DNA of 64,000 nt from Eutreptiella sp. 'Long Island Sound 2002' (taxonomy: Eukaryota > Protista > Euglenida). Shown here piece after piece: positions 49,771 through 60,060 of the stretch; position 1 is the first letter of the stretch, and every line of letters begins with the position of its first letter. A program made the position numbers and the translations under genes. The stretch spans positions 6,386,001 through 6,450,000 of the forward strand of contig OZ038378.1 of assembly GCA_964036045.1 (NCBI GenBank), in the 5' to 3' direction. The notes beneath the pieces are model-generated. The model saw nothing but the letters and a program-made list of their open reading frames with translations. It did not search any database and had not been told where the DNA came from.

Positions 49771-50020
49771 AAAACCACCCCCAAATGGGGGATAAAACCA
49801 CCCCCAAATGGGGGATAAAACCACCCCCAACCCCCTTTTTGGCCATTTTTGACCCCTGGGGTGGTTTTATGCCACCTGGGGGTGGTTTTATCCCCTGTTT
49901 TGGGGGTGTGGGTTTATCCCCCCGTAGGGGTGGTTTTGTCCCCCTATTTGGTCATTGGGGGGGTTTTATCACTCCTTTGGGGTGGTTTTATCCCCCATTT
50001 TTGGTGATTTTATCCCCTTA
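49771..50020. repeat. Foldback array of the motif GGGGATAAAACCACCCC
   Basis: About 3 forward copies (49771-49820) followed by about 7 reverse-complement copies (GGGGTGGTTTTATCCCC, 49858-50017). Confidence 0.85.
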
Positions 50021-50760
50021 TTGGCCGGGGGGGGGGGGGTTGGCCGATCTCAATGTGAACCAGGAAACTCAGTCCCGGAAGACAGACAGACGCACAGTGC
50101 ACTCTTCAGACTGCTTTGGTTTAGATTGTTTTGCTTTGCTTTGCTGTGTTGTGCCTCCCCCCCCCCCCCCCCGTGCCTAGGAACCGCCTTGTGCAAGAAC
50201 CGCACCCTGGTTCCGCGGTCGAATGCTCACACAACTTTTTTTACCAGTGGGTATTGGGTTTTCCATGGTTCTGGTGGATGTAGGACGGCTATTCAGGTGT
50301 GCAGGACATCATCTCATGTGTGTTGCTATGGGTCCCCCCATCAGGGGGGACCCTATCAGTCACTGACAGGCGCACATACCCCTTAAACCCCTCCTCCCTG
50401 CTCTCGACCCTTTCTCCGAAGCAACCAGCCCCGAACAAGAAACAAACAAAAGTCAGTTAAACACAGGGGGCCACTGACAGCACCACTTTGCAAATTTTAT
50501 TTTTTTCATTTTTGGCGAACCATCCTTTCTGAGTTAAACAGGTGCTGTTTGATGGCTGGGTGCCTGGGCCAGGCAGGTTTCACCTTCTTGTACTGGGTGG
50601 GGAGGAGAGGACGCCCAGGCACTCAAGGGGTCCGAGAGAGCAGGGTGGGATATAAAAATAAGAACCTGTAAGTTCCTCTCCTGCCCTCCCGCCTGGGCCA
50701 CCCCCGCTTTCTTGCCCCCTGCCCTCGGGTTCCACACATTTTTGGACTCCAACAGGTCAG

Positions 50761-51570
50761 GGATGTTGGAGACATGAAATTTTTCTGTGCCGTGTCTGTG
50801 TTATTTGTGTTACTGAAGGTCATCTGAACGAAGCCTGGCCCCAAGGGGCAGCAGAGACAGGAATTCAGGATGGTGTATAGGAAGAAGGGTTTCACGTCTC
50901 AGCTAGTTGAACAGTAGATCATACCATGCACGTTGGAAGGCACACTACAGCCCAGTCAACTGAGATTCACTCCTTTGGTGTTCATTTGTCAACGCACCCC
51001 ATTCTGCACCCTGCGTCACTTCCAGAGAATATGTCTTGAGTTAGGGATCAAGGATGAGGGAATCGGGGATCATCAGGGTGCCAGGGAGGGATTTTTGTTT
51101 GTGTCGGTGAGCAGAACTGCCCCCCCCCCCCATTTGCAGCAGTTGATTCACTTACAATACTGGAGCACCCCAACCAAGAAGGGGACATGTGCAGTGACTG
51201 AACATTTGTAGATAACAGTAACCATCTAGGACCGAACAGGATGTTGCAGACATGAAATTGTTCTGTGCCGTGTCTGTGTTACTTGTGTTACTGAAGGTCA
51301 TCTGAACAAAGCCTGGCCCCAAGGGGCAGCAAAGACAGGAATTCAGGATGGTGTATCACAGGAAGAAGAGTTTCATGTCTCAGCTAGTTGAACAGTAGAT
51401 CATCTCATGCACATTTGAAGGCACACTACAGCCCAGTCAACTGAGATGCATTATAGTGGAGCAGGAAATAACAAGAAGCATCCAGGACCTACCAGGAAAT
51501 GACCCAGGGATTTTTGTTTCTGTCACTGAGCAGAAGTGCCCCCCCCCCCCATTTGCAGCTATTAGCACAC
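50761..51570. repeat. Diverged tandem duplication, offset about 478 bp
   Basis: 50761-50966 matches 51239-51447 closely; a second shared block is 51081-51150 versus 51503-51570. Confidence 0.9.
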
Positions 51571-52178
51571 GTATTCAAGCAGATCATCAACAGTCACAAG
51601 CAACGACATCCACCCCGGCAGATCGTGAAAGGTCTTCAGGGGTTTCTAAATAGCTTCCAAATAGTTTTTAATGTAAAATGAAAGCCTTAGTAAGAATACC
51701 ATTTTCATTTTTTTCAAACAATTAGCTATCGTTTAAGATTTCTAATGGTAAGTTTGTAGTAGACAAGGAGAAGTTGAACTTTGAAAGCAAACATTGCCCG
51801 CAGCAAAATATTACCTTGGACCTGTCATAGAGCCACAGTTTATTGGAATGGGCCAGATTCTGCACCATCTTTGCTCATCAATGTTTAGCTACATGGTTCA
51901 TTATTCTAGGGATTTGAATCTTTGCACGAATTTTTGATACCTAAATGGACCTGCACATCACCGAAATTGGTACCGCCAATACAACAAATCTTTCAAATTT
52001 TCGCGCCGCAAGGGGCCGCTCCTTGGCGCATGGAGACAAATTGTGATAGTGCAAGGATGTTCGATGACTCGGGTGAAGAGATTCATGCATGCCATTCAGC
52101 ATTCTAACTATTCAAGTGCATACGGCGTGACTCTGTCTCTCTGTGCGGAGTGGTGAACAAAGTCTGTCTCCATGTTCG

Positions 52179-52346
<168 letters not shown>

Positions 52347-53559
52347 CTATGAAGATCTGCGACGGATTGCTATGTCGTAACATGCAAGTCCTATTGTACC
52401 TTCTTTGTAGGATGTAGGCCATGCCCGGAACCAATGGATTGTGCCACCAATCAACCTTTGGCATTGGTTCATGACATATAGCAAATTTGATTCTGCAAAT
52501 CATGACCGAGACAAATAGCTAGTTATGGTTGATGACATATTGCATTCTCCATGCTGCAAATTGCGACGAAGACAAAATGCTAATTGAATTGCTCCATAAA
52601 GTAGGGAATTTGTTAAATTAGCTCTTAACCCTTTCCAAGCACAGAAGATCGGCTATTAGAATAACGATCCTCAATCTTGAACTTGATTCGCTGGTTTAAC
52701 AAAAAATACGGGCGTCAATGCCCGAAGAAAAAGAAACTATGTACATCCTAAAAAAGACCGAAAGAAACTCTATTTTGCTGTTAACTTGTCTAAGTGTCTG
52801 TTTATAGGCCTATGCTTGTAGATCGTTTGCAGTGGTAGGCAACAACAAGCACCACATCAAACCGCGGCACGCCCTAAATAGCTGTTAAATAGCTGCTAAA
52901 TAGCTTCTAATAGACTTATCTAGGACCGTAACCACAACACTATCATCATTACTATGCTACACTGTTAACGCAAGTGGCCAAATGGCACATTACGTGACTT
53001 CGACGGGGTAAAAACGGTCATCTAGTTTTTTTTTAGAATTTCAATATTTTCATGCCCCAGTGTGATGGCATAAGAAAAGGCATGGCAAAACCGCGGCTCA
53101 CACACTATCCAATACATCTATGGAGTATTGCAAAAAGGAGTAGATGGATAACACGCAACAAAACATCCTGTTATTTTCGGGTCCATGGTATGGATCCTTG
53201 CCGTGTGCTGTGTCATCCTTCAGTGAAACAGAATATGCTCGGTGAGTTCACGTGTTTCATGGCCTTGTTTCCACTTCGCAACAATGTTGCCCTACAGGTA
53301 TCTGCAAAGAAATGGTCGCTACCGGGTTTTCTTATGAGATGAAAAACACCATTAGGTCCAAAGCATGTTGTATGAGAATAAAATGGCGGGCCCAAATCGG
53401 GACGTGCCTTGATGATTCTCCATAAAAATGCCTGATTGAGACCGGCTATCGGTTTGCCCTTCATCCTGCTTTTTAGAGACTAAGGGTGCATAGTGGCTAG
53501 TGTGTCTCCACAAAGAAAGTGGTTGTAATCTTTATGCCCAGGATGAAGCAATATTAGCA

Positions 53560-54650
53560 AAATTGATTTCTTTCAGCGGGTAAAGTCAATCTTTGAATAT
53601 GGCGGTTGCGCTCGCACTTCGGGTTAAATTTCTATTGCTCATCGGCAAGACACATTGAAGAGGGTTGTAGCACAATTAGTCAAGCGGGTCACCAAGTTAT
53701 TTAGAAGCTACGCATCCATTTTCCAACACCCAATTAAGGTGAAAAGCACATATAGAGGGGCTAAAACATGGTTTTATATGGCAACCCTGCATATGGACAT
53801 CACCTCGTGGGAGCTAGGGAGATTGGACCTTGAAGATGTATTCCTCAATGTGGCTAAGCATGAGCTCCTGGACGGATTTGACTACATGCAGGGGCAGCTC
53901 AGTAACTGACAGAGCACTTTTGGTGGGGAGCGCTACCCCTTTGTCTGACTTCTCCATTTCTAAGCTTGATAAGTTGAAGGATGCGCCAAGGAGAGCCCCA
54001 TGCCTTGATGAGTACATACGTAGCTGTGGCGTCGCTTCGCGACTACAAAGCTTTTTGTGAGCTGCGCTACGACAATTTCTTTTGTGCTAGTGCGTATGTA
54101 CTTGCACAACACACGGAAGGGTACCGATAGGAAGCGAATTGTCTAGTCAGTTGTCCTCCATGTACCTAATTGTCAGGGAAATGAGGGATTGTTGGTAATA
54201 AGTTGTTTGGATGTTTGGTGTTTAGTGCACCATACAAGGATAACCTTTACTTCTGTGGCCCTCCTGGTATTGTGGTTTGCCACCTTGGGAGGTGGTGTGT
54301 GCAACTTTCAACTCTATATGGTATGCCTGTGCAGGTCGAAGGATCTAGCGGTGAGTTAGAGATCTTAGAAGGTGTGGTAAATGTTTGTTCTGCTAGTTTG
54401 GGCATCAGACTTGAATGTAAGACTTTCAACTTTTTACGACGCCTCCCTTATGAGTTCGCCGGTACTTGGTACAGGTATTAAGTGCCCTGCTTGGGCATTT
54501 CACCTTTAGATATCTCACAAAATGTTTAGTCTACTTGTGTGAGGTTTGGGTTTAGACAGATACCGCCTCAGCTTGTTGTGCCACGGTTGCTATATGCGCT
54601 CTGCTCATGAGATGTGCATACTTTATATGAAGACCTCACGTTCTGTTGGC
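53560..54650 (+). mobile_element. Degenerate Penelope-like element reverse transcriptase
   Basis: Motifs in correct order: LGRLDLEDVFLNV (first catalytic Asp region), HGRVPIGSELSSQLSSMYL..RE (QxxGxPxGSxLS motif), APYKDNLYF (YxDD-like), LEILEGVVNV (PFLD-like). Frameshifts and stops are present. Confidence 0.65.
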
Positions 54651-55717
54651 GTATGGACTGTCACTGGCGATACCCAGCTGACCCTCAAGGAGGAATCATC
54701 TAAGCCTTGGTCCATGGCATGCATATAGGCGTCTCCAATGACAGAGGTGTTGTGGCTGCCCAAACAATTTTGTGCTTTTCTAGTGAGGACAAATAGCATC
54801 CGGAAACTTCGACCAACCGTCTATTTTTTCAGAGCTTCTGCCTAACACATGTCATTCTTGCTTCATTCTCTCCCAACTGTGCGCTGCACCTGAGTGCTAT
54901 ATGGCGTGTGTCCTACACACCCAGCATGGGCCCGCGGTACATGTAAACAGTGGGGCTTGTCTACTAACTGGTATCTGCAGCTCCATCTGAACTTTTTGGG
55001 TGCATCTTGGCCCTTACTGGATGGATGGGGAGGATTTTTCGGCTTAGGGATTTTTTCAGTCGCTGGATTGTTTCCGGCTGATGTTTTGGTCTTGATTTTG
55101 GTGTGTTTTTCAACACATTGTGTGTTGGGCCCATGCTTATTTTTGTTGTTATGAAGCATATGTGACAGGCAAATTTGGCACGTGCACAATGCACCACGCC
55201 ATAGTTCAACGCGAAAGGCTTGCGCTTGTGAATATCATGAGTTTTGTGTTTGCAATTTTACGTTTCATATCTGAATTGAAATGCAAACTCTTTCTTTAAC
55301 AGACTGCCTACTTCTGATGAGCTGTTATTGTGTCAATTGAACTGTTTGTAGGGATATTTGATCATTATGAATTGTCGGAGCATCAAAAACATCGGTTTGG
55401 AAATTTTCTATTTTTAAGCTGCCAAGAGTGGAAAAGTGCATAAGCACGTTGTGCTCCAGCCCCTTGCCCCCCGTCCAAACACCCAAATAGGGTAAAAAGC
55501 ATATGAATCCGATGTGAAGCATGCTTCGCATAGGATCTTTGAGCATTGTGGATGGTCAAAATATAAAACAAACTAGTGCCAAAAATTTCCATTTTTGAGC
55601 TGCACAGGCTAGGCATAAAGAAGTTGTGCCCTAGCCCCTTGGGGACCTATCCCGCCGCAAAACACAACCCATATAGGGTGAAAAACTACATAAGAAAGGT
55701 CTAAAACATGCTTTACA

Positions 55718-56002
55718 CAGGGTTGTCATTAACATTGTTAAACCGTCGCTTAAACGTGTTCGTTCGTCCGTTCAAAGAAATTTCTTAACAAGCGAACTTT
55801 CAACAAACGAGCCGTAGAGGGTCAGTTGGTGCCATGATTAAGAGGTTTTCGACCACATTTGTTCGTATTTTACATGCTTTTTGGACTTTTTGCGAACTTT
55901 TTAACAAGTTCGTTCGTTCGTTCGTTCGTTCGTTCGTTCGTTCGTTCGTTCGTTAATTTGCCTGAAAAAATTTACAAACAATGTTTGTTAATGACAACCC
56001 TC
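55718..56002. mobile_element. hAT-type MITE, 285 bp, with 8-bp target-site duplication and internal (TTCG)n
   Basis: GCTTTACA (55710-55717)|CAGGGTTGTCATTAACA ... TGTTAATGACAACCCTC|GCTTTACA (56003-56010). The 16-bp TIR core is perfect; (TTCG)n lies at 55908-55954. Confidence 0.9.
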
Positions 56003-58049
56003 GCTTTACATAGTTACATGGTGAGCATTACGGATGGTAAAAATATGAAAAAAATCAGTTTGCGAAATTTCAATTTTTGAACTGCCGAGGCGTGAATTCT
56101 ACATAAACTTGACTTGATTTCTCGTTGGCCATTGAGGTGGCTTTGTCTTGCCACACCCCATTTTGTCTGGTGGCCACCCGATGGTGGCGGGGTTTCGTTC
56201 TCCGCCATAGGTTCTCCCAAGTGTAAAGTCCCCCTTATGGGCAACCGTCCCCCTCACGAGCGACAACCTAGTTTCCCTCAGGGTCCGACCGACGCCTAGT
56301 TAGTCCTCTCCTCACCTAGCCGTTCGGTGGGATAAATCCCCTGCAGGCGGCGCTCTGTGTCGGTGCATCGGTGAACAATCCTAACCTCCACAACGCCCAC
56401 CCCCCACCCTCACGGGCAGAGCACCCACTCGGTTCTCGTAGGTGTACTTGGGTGTCGTCCACCCGGTCTGGGCTCCGCACCCAACCCCAGATCCCCTCTC
56501 ACGGGCGTCACGGCGGTGGGCCCATTGGCCATCAGCAACCACCCTCACGGGCCCCGAGGGCAGGGCTACCCCGACGTGGGATCCTATGCTAAGGTGTATC
56601 CGGGTTACCCTCTCTTGGCGATTGCTCCCGGGGTTATGTGGGGGTATGTGTTGGCTCAAAATCGAATAAAACCAAAAGATTCATGATTTTCGAACCAGAA
56701 AGGCCCAAAATGGGTGTGTGTGTGTGTGTGTGTGGTGTTTTGCCCCATATACGGGCCTGTGTTGCTTTGATCTGACAACCTCTGCAAAGTGATGTTAGGT
56801 GCCACTAAACAGCCCACCCAGGGTGAAAATGGCTAAGTCCTCATTGTCAGTGGGCTATATGGGGGGGGGGGGGTAAAGATGTGCTTAAATCACCCTGAAG
56901 AGCGGTTGTTTTATCAAGCGTAGGCACAGGCGTCGCATACCCCCCCCTTTTTGTTGTCGCTTGCACAGCATACCACAATGTATGGTTTCTAACATCTAAC
57001 CCCTCGTAAAATCATCATTTTAGGACCAAAAATGATCCCCCAATGATTTTTTGGATTTTGACCCCAGAACCCCCCTGTACCTGGGTACCCCTTTTTTGGC
57101 GGGGGGGGGGTCAAATTTCTTAGCGTACTGTGGCCGCTCTGTGTGTATTTGGACCTGGGTCCCGAAGAACTTTTTCCTTGAAAATGGACCCCTTTCGCTT
57201 AAAACAATCTTCCTGTTTCATAGTCCTTTCAGCCAAGCATCCTGTTTTTGTCTACCAAGCTGTGCCATCCACTCCCTTTCCTTATGCATGCCAACTTAGC
57301 AACCAACCTGCAATTCAAGAGTGTGACGGAAACCATTTACCAAGCAGCAGCAGTTAGAGGGGAGAGGAATTGGCATATACTACAACAATTTGTGTGGATT
57401 TTGAGGCAGAAGATTACAAATAGCCAGCAGAGTATGAGTGCGATGCACACGAAGAAGAAATGGTCTGGACCCAAGGACCCACGCCAGACAACAACATACA
57501 AAATACAAGGGTTAACATTCAGATGAGGTAGAGGGATGGCCGAAATGTGGAATGCGTGATGCGGTGTCTAATTGCATGGATGACACTGTGGGATGGGCAC
57601 AAAGTCTTTCAAAGAGGGAATGCCATGTGTAGACAATTCATTTTGTGCCGCGAATAATCTCGGGTCTCTTGCCCACCAAGCTTGGCACATGATTCTGTGC
57701 ACTGTTGAAAAAACCATCCAATTCTGATCAAACGATATGCTGTGTTATGAACACAAATGCACGACTGGCAGTGCACTTGAGCGCTCGAGCACCAGCACGA
57801 ATGGCAGTCGACAAGCAGAAAAAACCTCTCAACGAGGAGATCGGGACAAAAAACGACATCTGTTGCTGCGCCTCAGCTGAGTGTAATAACACCCAGGTCA
57901 CCAAATCTTGAGGATGAAGCGGTGCTTGACCTTATCAATTACCGTTGATCACATAACGCCAGCCAACCCAAGTACCCACCAACCCCAACAGACCTAGAGA
58001 CGCATCAAAAACGTGCGTCCCAGTTGCTGAAATGGAAATGCACTGAAAA

Positions 58050-59290
58050 ATGCACACATGGTGACATCCCTACACACCGAGGCACAAAGCTGCTCATCAA
58101 GGACACAGCACACTGCGGAGCCAATACAAAGTTCAACAGTGCAGAACGTTGCACGTAAATGTTTTCCACGTTTCCATGTGGTTGCAAAATTGGCACAAAA
58201 CCGAAGACAGCAGTTCCTGTGTGATCATGGTGAGGGAAGGACATGAACTACAGAAAAAGTTGGTATCACATGCAGCTTGCATGCCATAGTTGAAGGTGTT
58301 GGCGGGGCAACTCGGTTGTCACCACACTAATTTCAACCTTTCAAGATTTCTTTCGACACAAAGAATTGCACTGGCACATTTGGCACCTGAGCAGCAGCTT
58401 GATACATCTCTCGGGAAAAAGAGCTGCTTTTTTTATTATCTGCTTTCAGAAATATTTGTGAAATGCTGATGGGTCCCATTTCCTGCCCCCCTTTCAACGA
58501 CACAGAATTGTGCAATCGAAACCGGCTCCACTTGGCCAAAAAATTTCAGAAAGAAGATACAAGGGGATACCAATTGGCAGGAATTTTGGTAGCGACCGGA
58601 CCAAATTTGCCTCGAGACAGGATTTCACGACACCCAAGCTCTGGTGGCAACAACGCCTGATCCAGATGAGGGAAATTTCTGTGTCCGCCAAACTCTGCTT
58701 GGAGGCTACCTATTGGCTTTTGCCTGTGCCTGTGTTGGCCATCGATTGGCTATGGAGAGTGCCACCACTGTTTGGTCTTTTGAATTGGAAGGTCGCCCTG
58801 GGCCGGAAGACGACAATGAATTCGCCTTGCAGTTAGATCATTGCACAACCTGCAAGAGCCTCGCTCCCTTTTCACAGCAGGTCATTTTGTTTGTCATGTT
58901 TCCAGAGCAGGTTATTTTGAATGAATGTCAGTGCCTTGAACACTGCAAACCAGGCACCGATAGTGGCTTGCGATCCTCCATTTCCCGGGGTGAAAACCTT
59001 CTGATTGCCGATTAGCCGACAAACAGCCATCCGTTTGCGTGTTCAAAACAGGTTTCAGGACAAGTTTGTCCAAACGGCACAGCAGTCAGGAATGCAAATG
59101 CATTTGGAAAAACGACCGCTTTGAGAACAGTGCAATCTGTTATGGTTGTTGAACAATGAAATCTTGCTTTGATAAATGAAATGCAAGAATGTCGAAAGAG
59201 GCCTTGGATGAAAAGGGTAACGACACCAACAAACCATGACGTACAGATACAAACTGGGGCTGGCAATGCTGGGAAATAAAACAAGACACA
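58050..59290 (-). mobile_element. Possible degenerate KDZ (Kyakuja-Dileera-Zisupton)-like transposase
   Basis: Ordered fragments: YFPALPAP...LF...SCISFIKA; ADTEISLIWIRRCCHQSLGVVKSCLE...GFDCTILC; LQLWHASC; HGNVENIY. These resemble the KDZ FP..P, CxH, D..C, H and GE..E motifs. Multiple stops and frameshifts. Confidence 0.4.
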
Positions 59291-60060
59291 TAGCATGCTA
59301 GCGCACCACCTCACTTTGTCCAGGCGAAGCGGATATCCCGAGCATTACTATGTATCACGCATTGAAAAACATTGAAAAACTGGTGGGGACGCAGCATGAG
59401 ACGTTCTCTTGGAGCGGGTATGACGCGCAAATCACTTAGGACAGTGCAAAGAAGGGGTTAACGGATGATTTCCGATTTGCAACAAAAAACGCGGATTAGG
59501 GTTGGACTTCATCTCCCAAGAATCTCTTTCTCCCAGCTTCAGTCCACAGGTCAGACCCACAAATGTTTGACTTCGGAAAGACGAATGCGCGACTGAGCAG
59601 GTTGTCAAAATTGCTACATCAGGATTTTGACGCACGGTAAACCGCAGTCTCAAAGCTCGCCGGAAAAAAGTTAGAGAAGTTACAAAAGAGCAGAACATTG
59701 AGCCCGAGCTATGTGGCAAATGTGTGTTTGGATCTCAGGCTCTCTGAGGCCACTCCTTGCTTTGGTTAGGCCGCCCTTCGCGAAGAGCGTGTGCTGCAAA
59801 TGACACACCTGTGCAACAACAAGTGTGTGCAGCAACCTCCCCCCAAGGGCCAGCACTTGTGGGCTCCCAATACAAAACTGGACTCAGAAGTTGGAATTGC
59901 ACAAGTCAGACGCATGCACGCACCCGTCCACCCACCCACCTACCCATGCAGAGGGAGATGGAGAGAGGAGGGGGGGAGGGGGGGGGGGCTGAGGGGCAGA
60001 GATAATGGCGGCGAGGAAACCATTATGCTGGCTTGCACAGCAATGCATAGGTAGTAACAG

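Noticed and set aside
50525-50535. CTTTCTGAGT resembling the start of the Euglena spliced leader
   Set aside because: Only 10 nt match, with no following leader sequence or GT donor.
55300-55352. Possible hammerhead ribozyme (CCTAC..CTGATGAG...GAAC...GTAGG) downstream of the Penelope-like RT
   Set aside because: Stem II does not pair and GAAA is GAAC, so at best it is a dead relic. Other CTGA(T/A)GA sites (40912, 56895) also lack the GAAA arm.
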